Assembly: GCF_018350175.1 (NCBI RefSeq)
Contig: NC_058368.1
Span: 108,068,001 to 108,132,000, forward strand
From: Felis catus
Lineage: Eukaryota
DNA: 64,000 nt
Direction: 5' to 3'
Shown piece after piece: positions 25,446-38,640 of this stretch. Positions within the stretch are counted from its first letter, which is position 1; the number at the start of each line of letters is the position of its first letter. Made by a program: the position numbers and the translations under genes. The notes beneath the pieces were generated by a model. That model was not told the DNA's origin, ran no database searches, and saw only the letters and a program-made list of their open reading frames with translations.

Positions 25446-26416
25446 TAATTACCATTTAATTCTGGGAAGCTCCCAGTAGCTTCTTATATAAGCCCACATT
25501 TGTTGCTTATTGTGAATATACCTCAGTATCCTTTTCAGAAGAATAAAATTCTGTTTGCACTAAAAATAAAGTCTGGCCATTTTTTCCAGGAACTATAGCA
25601 CTTTATTACTTCCTTCCACAATAATGAACAAGTAAGACTGAACTGAGATGGGTCATTAACTTTTGTACTTGGAACCTGGGCTGTTAAAATGTCGTTTGCC
25701 AAAACATCATGTGGCTCTGATACACACACAATGCAGGAAAAGAAAAGTTGTGGGTTGCCACAGTAACTGTAATGTAGGTATCTATTGGAATAAGGTTTTG
25801 ATTATTTCTGCTTGTGACCACTCTAATTCCTCTATATTTTATATCAATATGCCTGAGTAATAGTTGATATAGGAATTACTTAGAAGTATTGAATTTCTGT
25901 AAGTGTAAGCTGTCAGTACATAATGTTCTTTCTGCTCATACACTTGCATTTAATTATGTCATTTGTTTTAGGAATAGCCCTATTTTAAAAATACTTTTAC
26001 TTTTTTTCTCAGAAAAGATTTCCAAGCAGGCAGCACATAACACCTATTTCCATCTGCAACAGCACATTTTAGCTAATGTGATTCTGTGGCACCTTGATAG
26101 AATATCCTATTATAGATGTAGAAAATGAGGTAGAATGACAGAAGGTAATAAATTATTTAAGATCACAAAGCAAATCAGGGCAGAACTATTACTGGAATTT
26201 TGCTCAGGATGAGCCATTCATCAAGTGATATTTTTGTGAAACACGTGCTATGGCCTAATTACTAGGGCACAGTTCTACATTATGGGTGTGTGTGTGTGTA
26301 TATTCAGCTCTAATCTCCCAAGTTATACAGACTTGTTCGTGTGTCTCCAAGGCCAAAATGTTTCCAAGAGTACCTCATCTGTGGCTAAATATCTGGTCAT
26401 CCATCCTATCTCCCCA

Positions 26417-26908
26417 TGTGTTAGGGTTCTCCAGAGAAACAGAAGCAGTATCTGTTATGGAGGCTAATCACCAGCTACCGTCTCCAAACTGGAGGATCAG
26501 GAAGGCCAGTAGTGTCCTTCAGTCCAATCCAAAGACCTGGGAATAGGATGGCATTTGGGGATCCCAACGGTGTCCGTCCTGATCTAAGTCTAAAAGCCTA
26601 AGGAGTCGGAGTGCCAATATCTGACAACCAGTAAAGGTGGATGTCTCAGCTCAAACAAAGAGTGAATTCATCCTTCCTCTACCTTTTGTTCTATTCATGC
26701 CCTCAATGCATTGGATGATGCCCACCCACATTGCTAAAGGAGATCTTTATTCAGTCTACTGTTCAAATCCTAATCTCTTCCAGAGACACCCTTACAGATA
26801 CATCCAGAAATAATGTTTTACCAGCTGAGATTTCCTAGTTCTCCAGAAATAATGTTTTACCAACATCCTTTAGCCCAGTGAAGTTGACACATAAAATTAA
26901 CCATCACA
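26417..26908 (-). mobile_element. MLT2-type (ERVL) solo LTR
   Basis: tgtgttagggttctccagagaaacagaa...aagttgacacataaaattaaccatcaca with TG...CA termini. Confidence 0.88.
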
Positions 26909-27779
26909 CCCAGCTAAATCAATATTGATTAACAACCTTCACTAAGCAAAGCATAGCGCTAGATACTAGGCAAAATACAGAAGGAGCAAGAAATGTGACC
27001 TCACCCTCAGAGTTTAAAATGTAATGGGATTCTCTTGTGAGAACACTATGATTGAGGAAAAAGAAGAAGAAAACCAAAACAAACAAAAAACAAGCAACCC
27101 CAGAATACTCACTGTGTCTTTCCAGAGGATGGAATGGAGGTCTCAGGGACTACTTCTATTACAGGATGGAGAAGCTTCATGCCTAACAGAGTATCTTCTG
27201 ACTTCTTTGTTTCATTTATCCTCCTCTACAAACAATTTCTAAAGGAAAGAGGAAAATGATTCTGTTAACTTATACAAATAAATTTTTCTTTCACACCTTT
27301 TTTTCCTCTATTTGCAGCCCTCTTTTTTCACACTACCCATCAGCTCTTTTCCATAAGTGAATTGTGTAAATTTAATATTTTATTAGTTGTTAAAAATTGT
27401 TATTGAAAAGAACATTGCAAGTTATCATTGATTCATATATATAGATGAAGTCAGAAATCATTTAAATAACTAAGTTCTACCTGAAGAATATTCAAAATAA
27501 ACATTGTGTAAGTTACCATTTTAGTGTGATAAGGCAGTTAGTAATATGAATAATACATCACTCCCCAAACCTTTCAAACAGCTCTGATTCATCATCGCAT
27601 AATGCTCATGTGGATGAATGCTCCGGGAAAGAGTAACTGAGTTTTTCTACCTTAATATGTCTATGAAGATGAGAAATTTCTGCTCAATTTTCATTGTTGG
27701 GATAGAATCTCATAACGCAAAGATGAAACAGATTTTTCACAAATAGAATAAGAAGTGCTTAGCAATCCAAAAGTCCCTA

Positions 27780-28130
27780 AGTCCTGAGATTCCAGATGAG
27801 GCAAGAACACAGCTTTGCCACTAATTTTGTGTGGAGGTTCAGGTTGTCTAACCTCTCTGTGTCTCAGCTTCCTCATCTGTAAAGGGAAAATAATAGTCCC
27901 TACTTCAGATTAATTAATACATTTTAACTACTGAGGGCATGCCTGGCTGGCTCAGTCGGTGGAACATGTAACTCTTTTTTGGGGGGGTCATGAGTTCTAG
28001 CCCCATGTTGGGTGTGGACTCTACTTTAAAAAAATAAATAAAATATTAAAAAAAAAAAAACCATTGTAACTACTTAGAACAGTGCCCGGCACATTGGAAA
28101 TTCTTAATATGCCATCTATTATTTGCATTA
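27780..28130. mobile_element. MIR interrupted by a short CanSINE (27935-28060)
   Basis: MIR core ctctgtgtctcagcttcctcatctgtaaa and cttagaacagtgcccggcaca. Confidence 0.8.
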
Positions 28131-28869
28131 TCAGATAATGACACTGAATCAAAAGAAACCAGAGCTATTTCTAAATGACACATAAAAGAAACAAAATGAA
28201 TGGAGATGAAGACCCACACATTACTGAATTTGCCTTTGCATTTCTACTGTGTGTCTGTTGCTGCAGATGAGTACCCTCCAGTCCCATTTTGGCCTGAGAT
28301 GACACACTATCTGCTTCTTGTCCATCTGCTTTATATGAGCAGTCTTCTTTAACAGAGTGACATGTGGGCTGGCATGGACACAGGAGGAGGACATGAATGT
28401 GGGACGTGGCACCTTTAATTTCTCAATACCATGCCCAGTGATTCCCTCAGAAAGACAGATACAAATGACAATATCATTTTCTACCAAAGAAGTCTTTGCT
28501 TCTTACTCTGCTTGCTGCCAAGCTTCCAGATCTGTCCCATATTCAAGTCTCCAGACCAGCCCCCCCTTAAAGGTACAATAGCGCTAACTCATTTCTTAGC
28601 TAGTGCTAACGTAATTAAATCATCGTCACCCCATCCATTTTTTTTAAAAATAGCATTTTATCTTCTCTCCTTCTTCCTAGCACTGTTTCTTAGCTAATTT
28701 ACTCGACTCATCATCACCCTATCCACTTCCTTAAAATAGAAAATTGTTTCTTTTTCCTTTGTAGTCCTAAATGGAATGCAATTGATTATAAAATGCAATT
28801 CTTTCTTTCATCCTGATGTTTTAATCTAACCTGGAGCATCTTCACCCCAGAACTGAATGTCAATGACCA

Positions 28870-29030
28870 TTCGAGCCCCAAGTCGGTCTCTGTGCTGACA
28901 GCTCAGAGCCTGGAGCCTGCTTTGGATTCTGTGGCTCCCTCTCTGTCTGCCCCTCCCCTGCTCATTCTCTGTCTCTCTCTGTCTCAAAAATAAATAAAAA
29001 CATTAAAAAATATTTTTTTTAATAAAAAGA
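28870..29030 (+). mobile_element. 5'-truncated SINEC_Fc
   Basis: Body starts at ttcgagcccc, followed by (CT)n and an A tail. Confidence 0.85.
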
Positions 29031-29329
29031 AAGAAAAATGGTCTTTGGCCTTCTTTGGCCTTCCCCAAATATGTCTGGGGCATGGACTGCACTATTGGGA
29101 CTAGACATGTGTCTGCAGGATGAGTACTGGCAGGAGGATGTCTGGGGGCACAACTGCCAACTTGGACAGGTAACTTTCCATTGATCTGACAAACATTTTG
29201 CTTTCTTGTGATCAATATTATAAGTCAGATTAAAAAATTCAATTTTCTACACAAAACAAAAACTCCCCCAAAACGGCTTGTTACGGTAGATGAACTCTTC
29301 TTGTTCTGTTTAAAGGCAGTCAGATCTTT

Positions 29330-31260
29330 TCTGATCTTCTCTAGATCTTATCCCCTCTCTCCCAGTAACAGACATCTCTCCAGTCATTCCTGCTCCGTGG
29401 CTCATGTTATCGTTTCTTCCCGCTCCACTAAATCCTTTCCATCAGCCTACAAGCACGCTATTATTTCTATCATCTTCAGTAGAATGAACAAAAGCCTTCT
29501 TTTGACTTGCTTTCCCTCCATCTACTGCCCATTTTCTTTACAGTCAAATTTCTTAATGGCTATCTGTAAATTCTTTCTCCAGTTTTTTCCTTCCCACTTC
29601 CTTGAATCTACTCCGATAGGCTTTTGCCCACACTGATGCACCACATTTCTTTGTGTTAAGGCCATCAAATGACCTCATTTGATCATTCCAATCATCAATT
29701 CTCAGTCCTTGTCTTACCTGACTAGCAGCATTTATGACACTGATCATTCCTTCCTCTTTGGTGTACTTTCTTCACTTTTCTTCCAGGACCCCACACTCTT
29801 GGTTTTCCTCCTCCCTCCATGGCTATTTCTTCTCAGCCTCTGACTAACCTAGCCTCTTCCCTCTCTAACCCCTTAGTGTTAGAGTATGCCTCAGGATCAA
29901 TCATGGGTCCTTTCTTCTTTTCTGTCCACATTCACTCCGCTGATGATCTCATCTGTTCTCTGGGCTAAAAATGTCTCTTCTAATCTGACAACTCCCAAAT
30001 GTATCTCTCTAGCTTCGATCTTTCTCTTGAATTCCTGACTTACATATCTAACTGCCTATTCAGTATCTCTATTTGAATATCTAATAGGAATCTCAAACTT
30101 TACAGGTCTCAGATGGAGCTCCAGATCACACTATTCAAACCTGGCCCATCTGGAGCCTTCTCCATCCTGGCATCTTGACATCGTGGACAACTCTGTCCTT
30201 CCATCTGCTCAGGTCAAAAATCTTAGAGTTAGGGGCGCCTGGGTGGCTCAGTTGGTTAAGCATCCAACTCTTGATTTCAGCTCAGGCCATGATCTCATGG
30301 TTTCTGAGTTTAAGCCCCGGGTCAGGCTGGGCACTGACAGTGTGGAGTCTGCTTAGGATTCTAAATCTTTATTCATTTTTTTATTTATCCTTAAGATAAA
30401 CAAACAGACAAACTTAAAAAAAGAACAGCTTTAAAAAAAATCTTAGAGTTAGCTTTGACTGTTGTGTATCTCTCCCATCCAATTTGTCAAGAATTCCTAG
30501 TTGGCTCTCCCTTCTAATATTTGCAGAATCAAACTACTCACTACCTCCTTGGTGACTGCCCTGATTTAAGCCACTGTCCTCTCTCACCTGGACTAACCCT
30601 GTAACCTCCTCACTGTGTCTCTTCCTATAACCTAAACCCCATGTTAGTAGCCAGAATGAGCTTTAAAAATGTAGGACAGACCATGTCGTTTCTTCAAAAT
30701 CCTCAAATAACTTTCCATTTTACTCAGCAAAGAAGCAAAACTCTTACAACAAGTAGAGTAAGAGCAACTCTTATAACAACAAAAGTAAGAGCAAAACTCT
30801 TACTACAAGGTCCTACTTAACCTGGTATCCCATTATCTCTCTGACTTTATCTCTTTGTACCCTCCTTTTCACCCACTGGCCTCCTTGCTATTACTCCATC
30901 ACTCCAAACACGCTCTTGCTCGAGCTATGCCATCTGACTGAAATGTTCTTTCCTTTAGCTAACTTCCTCTGTTTCTCCCCGTCTTCCCTGAGTGACACAC
31001 CATTCTGGACGAGACTTGCCCTAACCCCCTGGTTTACTACTACAGCTGTGCCCTCGCATGGATGCACACACACTGGTTCAACACATATACATATACATAT
31101 ACCACTGGCACTTCTGACTATCCTAATGCTATTATACCGTTCTCTTTTTTTCTGCAGTTGTCCTCTGCTAGTATGGGATATACTTATTATAAATATTTGT
31201 TATTTATTGTCTGTATTCTCACTAAAATGTAAGCTGCTTGAGGGTAAAGATCCTTGTTTT
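29330..31260 (+). mobile_element. L2 fragment with an inserted SINE (30232-30435)
   Basis: Pyrimidine-rich L2 ORF2/3' motifs (gacaactcccaaatgtatctctctagc; aatgtaagctgcttgagggtaaaga); SINE TSD aaaaatcttagagtta. Confidence 0.8.
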
Positions 31261-32247
31261 ATTCCAGACTGGAAGCATCTGTATAATATATGTATATGAC
31301 GAACAGTTGATATTATAGAAGACTTGTTTCTCTATGATAAAGCCAAAGGAGAATTTTTTAAATCCTGTAGTGGCATAGCCACCCTCCATATTTTAGTGTG
31401 GGATACGGCCCACAGCTACCACTGGATCTCTTTGCATTCACTGGTGGAGCCACAAACTAATGCATCTTCGAGGACATGTATTTGAACTGTGTTCATGAAT
31501 GGAGTTCAAACTGAGTGGAAAACTGGATAAAAGAAAAGTGGGTTATGCAACTCCTGGAAGAAGTATGGCACAATATCAAGGAAGGAAGCCTAGCGTGATA
31601 AACTAAACTAAGTAATAAGGGCTGCCATTTCAAGAGGATTTCTGGGTGCAGTGCAATGCGTAGGACACAACTTCCACTTATATACGCTCTATTGCCATCC
31701 CAGTCACCAGTGTGGAGGATGTACAAGGACAGAGAAGCGTGTGAATAATGGTAAAGAGTCCTTAAACTATGTGACACCTCACGCCCCAAGAAGTCCTGAT
31801 GTGGGATTCTACAGGAGGCAGAAAACAGAAGGGGAAACTGTTTCCCTACCTATTTTAGAAATGAAAGGTGAGCACTAGCAGCCTGGGGCAGAGTGGGGGT
31901 GATGGTGATGCATGCTGACCGGCCAGAGAGGACAACCATGGTAGAAGCAGGAGCTGAAGCAGAAGGTGCAACAATGGGGTAGGTCAGAGCGGCATAGCAC
32001 GGAGAAGGAGCATCCAGGGAGAGTGACAGCATCTGGGGCAGCCCCAGCCCACGTGGAGGGACCAAGAGGGGCACCTAGGGCAGCAGCACCAGTATAAGCA
32101 TCAGCCTGAGGGGAAAGGAGTAGGGGCCCAGGTGAAGCAGCGTGACAGGCACAACAGGCATGCAATGTAAAGCAGTGGCTGCTGTTTGAACGGTGACTTA
32201 GGTGGAGCCCAGGGTGACAGTTCAGAGTAGAGCCGTGGTGTCCCCTC

Positions 32248-32555
32248 AGCTAAGTGAAAAAAGTCAGTCAGAGAAAGACAAATAACATATGATTTCACTT
32301 ATATGGGGAATTTGAGAAACAGAATAAATGAACACAGGGGGAAAAAAAGAGAGAGAAATCAGAAAACAGACTCTTAACTATAGAGAACAAACAAATGGTT
32401 ACCAGAGGGGAGGTGGGGTGGGAAGATGGGAGAAATAGGTGAAGAGGATTAACGCTGAGTAACATACAGAAGTGTTGAAACACTATATTGTACACCTGAA
32501 GTGAATACAACACTGCATGTTAACTACACTGGAATTAAAATTTTTAAAAAATTGT
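32248..32555 (+). mobile_element. Carnivore L1 3' end
   Basis: gctaagtgaaaaaagtcagtcagagaaagacaaa...gtacacctgaa...actggaattaaa. Confidence 0.85.
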
Positions 32556-33154
32556 GATAATAATACTCCCTTTACCAGATGTGGTCTTACAAAGAAGTAG
32601 GGCTTTATAGTTATAAAATGTAACTTCCATATTTGGTAGCTCATGACTCAATGTCAGGTTGGGTACATTTGTTTTATAAACCTAGATTAAACATTAATTT
32701 ATGGAATTTAATTTTATTTTGGACTTTTATGTTTCAATCTACATTAAGTTTTCTTGCTAAGTTTAAGTAAAGGTATGGATATACATAGTAAACGCATGAA
32801 GGAACGGAATATTTTGTTAGAAGTGCACAACTTAACTTCATGCTTAGTAACTATATGAGACCTATCTTTCATTGTCTGCCCAACCTGCAACACCATATAA
32901 AGAATCAGCCCCACAGACTATAAACATAGAGCAGCCTTGGTCCCTGGTGGCTTTCTGGTTCCCATGAAATCCATTGGAATTTTGGCTTCAGTCTCTGTTT
33001 TCCGTGTGACTTACGCCCTTTATCCGAGTTATTCAAAGGCTCTATTCTCTTTAATAAAAGACATTTGACCTAAAAGTAATTAAGGATACCTCAATTTTTC
33101 TGAGTGCAAACACAGGCAGCCTAGCTTCTCACCTTCTTTCAGGGTGTACGTTCT

Positions 33155-33335
33155 TGTTACAGACTGTGTCCCTGCCCCCCCCCCCAAATTCATACTGAGG
33201 CCCTAAGCCTTGTGCAGCTGTATTTAGAGAGGGCACTCAAAGGAAGTAATTGAAGTTGAATGAGGTCATAAGGGCAGGGCCCTGATCCTTTAAGATCAGT
33301 TTCCCTTATACAAAGACACCAGAGAGCCCTCTCTG
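33155..33335 (+). mobile_element. MLT1A/B 5' fragment
   Basis: tgttacagactgtgtcc...aaattcata...tgaggtcataagggcagggccctgatcc. Confidence 0.7.
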
Positions 33336-33654
33336 AAAAATCCTTCAGATAGCATTTATAAGCATGCAATTGATTTTGGTGTAATATAGCACCAAGGAGT
33401 GTTGCCAAGCATCCTTTTTTTTTTTTTTTTTTTTTTTTTTATTGACAATTCTCTTACCTTCTTTTAACTCCTTATAAGTCATTTCCTTTTAATTATCCTG
33501 TTGCTTGGACTAAGGCTTCCAGTGCAATATTCCTTGGAAAGCGGTAAGGGCAGGCATCTTTGTCCTATTCTTATCTTCACAGGAAAATCTCTTAAAGTTT
33601 CACCACTATTAATGATGTTTGTTGCAGGCTGATGGATACTCATATCACTTATTA

Positions 33655-34033
33655 ACCAGTTTGAAAAATAGAAACCATTTTAGGAATGTCGAACAGAGGG
33701 TAGTTAACACAGAGAACTAATTACAAAATAGTTGAAATGACAGAGGAGCAAAAAGGTGAAAGTGCTTCTCAGAGCCCAGGAATGCTGTACTGCTGGGCAG
33801 CTGGGGCCCAGCTGGTGCAGCTGCTAGGGCCGGGAGCAGAAGGCAACCAATGGCTTCTTTCCCTCTGCCACCTTTTAAATCCTCACCATTGTCTCCCATT
33901 GGCAGAACCTAACCAAACAACAGCAAGGGAACAAGGGAAATAGAATTGTCAGCCTTCCAGCCTCCTGTGGCAGAAGAGAAAAAGCAAGTGCAGGAATAAA
34001 GCTGACAGCTAAAAGTCAAAAAAGCCTGCACAG
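33655..34033 (-). mobile_element. Old LTR (LTR78/79-like)
   Basis: ctcccattggcagaacctaacc...aagggaaatag motif; ends in gcaca. Confidence 0.45.
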
Positions 34034-34130
34034 TACCCTTCAGATTAGGAAAGTTTTTGTCCATTCATAGTCATGTAAGAGTTTTTTCATGTTTGTTGTA
34101 CCAAATGAGATGATTAAATGGCTTTTTCTT

Positions 34131-34665
34131 TTTATTTATTTATTTATTTATTTATTTAACATTTATTTATTATTGAGAGACAGAGCATGAATAGGGGAGG
34201 GGCAGAGAGAGAGGGAGACACAGAATCTGAAGCAGGCTCCAGGCTCTGAGCTGTCAGCACACAGCCCGACACAGGACTCAAACCCACAGGCTGTGAGATC
34301 ATGAGCTGAGCTGAAGTCGGATGCTTAACTGACTGAGCCACCCAGGTGCCCCAAATGGCTTTTTCTTTTTAAATCTTTTAACGAGTACAACAAGGAAATT
34401 ATGTTAAATATCTTATTGTTGAATGTGCTTTGCATTTCTGCTGTAAAACCTTTTTGATCATGATGTATTTGCTTCTTTTTTTTTTAATGTTTTTATTTAT
34501 TTTTGAGAGAGTGCAAGCAGGGGAGGGGCAGAGAGAATGGGAGACAGAGGATCAGAAGCCGGCTCTGTGCTGACAGCAGAGAGCCCGATGTGGGGCTTCA
34601 ACTCATGAACTGTGAGATCATGACCTGAGCCAAAGTCAGACACTCAACTGAGTCACCAGGTGTCC
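34131..34665 (-). mobile_element. Two CanSINEs (34131-34352; 34475-34665)
   Basis: TSDs aaatggctttttcttt and tgatcatgatg(t/c)atttg. Confidence 0.88.
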
Positions 34666-35300
34666 TGATCATGATGCATTTGTAAACATATAAAAATATG
34701 TGCGTTTTCTGTGTATGAATGTATATGCATGATTTCATTTGCTAACGTTTTTGTTTGGGGCTTTTCATGTATGTTTATCCGCAAGATTGGCCTTTCATTT
34801 TCATTTCTCCATTCTGTTCTTGTGTAACTCTGTATTAAAGTTACATTAGTTGTTTCTTTTTCCAAATTAACTGTTATTTGAAGTTTGTTCTTTTTTTTAA
34901 TCTCATATAAACTCTAAACCTAGTGCTTTAAATGAGAGTAATGGTTTCAATTAATGGTTTATGTTCATTCATATTTTTCTTTCTTTTTGAATCTGTTTCT
35001 GGAATATTTTTCTAGAAAATCATCTTTTCTTAAGGTTTTTCAATTTAGTAGCATAAAATTGTTGATATATTTTATTATGATTTTTAAAATCCCAACTCTG
35101 TCAATTAACTTTTGCTGCAAAACATGGTGGCTTAACATTTATTATTATTATGATTCTGTGAATTGACTGGATGGTCTCTTCTGGTCTGGGCCAGCTTGGG
35201 GAGTCAATGGTCTAAGATGGCTTTTCTCACATCTCTGCTGGTTGGCAGGCTGGACAATCTGGAAGGGCCTATCTGAAGTTTCCTTTTCTTTTACTTTTTT

Positions 35301-35781
35301 TTTTTTGTTTTTAAATTTTTTTTTCAACGTTTTTATTTATTTTTGGGACAGAGAGAGACAGAGCATGAACGGGGGAGGGGCAGAGAGAGAGGGAGACACA
35401 GAATCCGAAACAGGCTCCAGGCTCCGAGCCATCAGCCCAGACAGAGCCTGACGCGGGGCTCGAACTCACGGACCGCGAGATCGTGACCTGGCTGAAGTCG
35501 GACACTTAACCAACTGCGCCACCCAGGCGCCCCTTCTTTTACTTTTTTAAAAAAACTTTTTAAAGTTTATTTATTTATTTTTGAGAGAGTCAGAGACAGT
35601 GCAAGTGGGTGAGGGACAGGGAAAGAGAGGGAGAGAGAGAGTTCCAAGCAGGCTCCGGGCATTGGCTCCGGGCTGCCAGCTCAGAGCCAGATATCAGGCT
35701 TGAACTCCCGAAACCCTGAGGTCATGACCTGAGCCAAAACCGAGAGTCTGACACTTAACCGACTGGGCCACCCAGACGCTG
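35301..35781 (-). mobile_element. Young SINEC_Fc (35301-35533) inserted at the tail of an older SINE (35549-35781)
   Basis: 15-bp TSD ttcttttactttttt at 35286 and 35534; CpG-rich body. Confidence 0.92.
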
Positions 35782-36149
35782 CTTCTTTTTTTTTTTTACT
35801 TATGACTTAATCAGTTCACATTCATTGCAATTTCTGACATATTTGAATTATTACTACCTGTCCCATTTTGTGCTTTTCATTTGTTTCTTCCTTTTTGTCT
35901 TCTGCTGAAGTTTTCTTTTTTACTGCAACTTTTCTTTACCCCAACTCTATTTCAGAATTATACATTTTATGTCTGTTTTGTTAGTGGTTACTTGGACTTG
36001 TATCCTGCATAGATGTCTTTAAAACATCTGCTTTAAAACTGTGTCTACCTGCCTTCTAACTAATCCTCATCACTGTGTTTCTGCCTAACTTCCAGCATCT
36101 TCCATATTATTGTTCTCTTATATTTTGGTTTATCTTTAAATAACTTGGG

Positions 36150-36167
36150 TTTTTTTTTTTAATGTTT

Positions 36168-36222
<55 letters not shown>

Positions 36223-36381
36223 CACATGCCAGTAAGGGAGGGCCAGAAACAGGGAGACAGGATCCCAAGTGGGTTCTGTGCAGACATCAGAGAGCCCTAT
36301 GTGGGGCTCAAATTCACAAACCGTGAGATCATGATCCGAGCCGAAGTCAGACGCTTAACTGACTGAGCCACCCAGGCACCT
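36150..36381 (-). mobile_element. CanSINE with an expanded (GA)n
   Basis: SINE body plus (GA)n at 36172-36218. Confidence 0.85.
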
Positions 36382-37059
36382 CTAAATATCTTGTGTTTTG
36401 ACTAGGCTGTACATAGTAAAAACAATTTTTTTCGAAGCTACAAAAAGCTATGCAGTGAAAGATTTTTTCCCATCTCTGTCTTTTGCCTTCAAGGCCCCCT
36501 CCTCTGTGCAGGCAACCATTCGTACCAGTTTCTTGTATATCCATCTGGAGGCAGAATACTCGTAGACAAGCATATAAGGTGTGTACGTAGTATTTTCTTT
36601 TCTCATGTAAATGGTGGTATAGAACCCATACTGTTCTACGTGTTTTTTCATCCAAAATACTTCCTCCAGATTATTTCATATCAGTAAATATACAACTTTC
36701 TAATTCCTATAATAATTTATATAATTATTTATAACATATTATAAATATATTTTATATTACACATATAAATAAGTTATAATATAATGGCTTTATAATTCTT
36801 ATTATAATATCCATTACATGCATGTATCATAATGTATTTCACAAACACCTACAGGTTGCTTAATGTTTTGCTACTAAAAACAATATTAAAGTGAGCATAT
36901 TTGCATATATGTGTATATATCTGTAGGATAAATTCCTCAAAGGGCATGTATCACAGGGCATGTACGTCTTAATTTCAGCAAATTATTCTACAAATGCATT
37001 TCAATGCTTTCCTATGGCTGCCCCCTTAAAATTTCCTGTTCCGAAAGTGTTGGTGACCC

Positions 37060-37343
37060 TGTGTGGAAAAGGATGTGGAGAAAAGGGAACCCTCATGAAC
37101 TGTTGGTAGGAATGCAAATCGGTGCAGCTGCTATGGAAAACAGTATGGAAGTTCCTCAAAAAAATTAAAAATAGAACTCCCATATGATCCAGCAATTCCA
37201 CTTCTGGGTATTTGTCTGAAGAAAATGAAAACACTAATTTGAAAAAGATAGTGCACCTCTATGTTTATAGCAGCATTATTTACAAAGATATGGAAATAAC
37301 CTAAGTGCTTATTGATGGACAAATGGATAAAGAAGATGTGATA

Positions 37344-37389
<46 letters not shown>

Positions 37390-37391
37390 TA

Positions 37392-37435
<44 letters not shown>

Positions 37436-37960
37436 TTCTCAGCCATAAAAAGAATGAAAGCCTGCCATTTGTGACAGCACGGATATACATTGAGGGTAAT
37501 ATGTTAAGTGAAATAAGTTATAAAGAGAACCACAAATACTGTATGATTTCACTTGTATGTAGAATCTTGAAAAAAAAATGAACAAACCAAACAAAATAGA
37601 ACTCATAGATACAGAGAATAGATTGGTGGTTGCCAGAGGGGAGGCAGTTGGGGGGTGGGCAAAAAGGGGGGTGAGAGGGGTCAAGAGGTACAAATTTCCA
37701 GTTATACAATAAGTAAGACATGGGGATATAATGTACAGCATGGTGACTGTAATAATAATATTGCATGGCATATTTGAAAGTTGCTCAGAGATTAAGTCTT
37801 AGAAGTTCTCATCACTAGGAAAGAAAATCTGTAATTTTGTGTGATGAGGGAGGTAGCTAGACTTAAAATGGTGATCATTTCACAGTATATACAAATATTG
37901 AATCATTATATCATGTACCTGAAACTGATGTAATGTTATATAGCAACTATAACCTCAGTT
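37060..37960 (+). mobile_element. L1MA9/carnivore-type L1 3' fragment with a (TA)n(CA)n microsatellite at 37338-37432
   Basis: aggatgtggagaaaagggaaccctc...atgatccagcaattccacttctgggtat...gtacctgaaact. Confidence 0.85.
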
Positions 37961-38079
37961 TTTAAAGTTTATTCAAAGAGTTTATAACACCTATGTATAT
38001 ACCATTTAAGTTGCAATTTGGAAGGACATTTGGTACATTTCAATTAAGCGAGTGAAAATTAAAAAAAAAAAAAGCTTAC

Positions 38080-38640
38080 TGTTATGGACTGAATATAAAT
38101 ACCCAAAATTAAACCCTAATCTCAGGGGTGCCCGGGTGGCTCAGTCAGTTAAGTGTCTGACTGGCTCAGATCATGATCTCACAGCTTGTGAGTTCACGCC
38201 CCTCATCCTGTTCTGTGCTGACAACTAGGAGCCTGGAGCCTGCTTCAGATTCTGTGTCTCCCTCTCTCTCTGCCCCTCCCCCACTCACGCTCTCTCTCTC
38301 AAAAATAAATAAATATTTAAAAATTTTCAAAAGAATATATTAAATTTAAACCTTAATCTCAGTGTAATAGTATTTGGAGGTGGGGCCTTTGGGGGTAATT
38401 AGGTCATGAAGGTGGAACCCTCATGAACAGGATTCATGCCCATGTAAGAAGAGACAGAGGACCTAGCCCGCTCTCTTTCAGGCATACAAGAAATTAGCCT
38501 TCTGCAACCCGGACAAGGGCTTTCACCATGCTGGCACCCTGATCTCAGGCTTCCAGCTTCTAGAACTATGAGGGAAAAAAATTATTTTGTTTAAGTCACC
38601 TAGTCTATAGTATTTTGTTAAAGCAGCCCAAGCTAAGATA
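38080..38640 (+). mobile_element. MLT1A-type MaLR LTR with an inserted SINE (38125-38340)
   Basis: tgttatggactgaat...gtatttggaggtggggcctttggg...gcagcccaagctaagata; SINE TSD aaacc(c/t)taatctca. Confidence 0.85.

Noticed and set aside
26803..26862. 21-bp direct repeat with an 18-bp spacer (CRISPR-like)
   Set aside because: Only two units, lying inside an MLT2 LTR in a mammalian genome with no cas genes; a simple local duplication.
28330..28420. Acceptor-like gtcttctttaacag followed by purine-rich sequence
   Set aside because: No convincing downstream donor or recognisable peptide; insufficient support for an exon.
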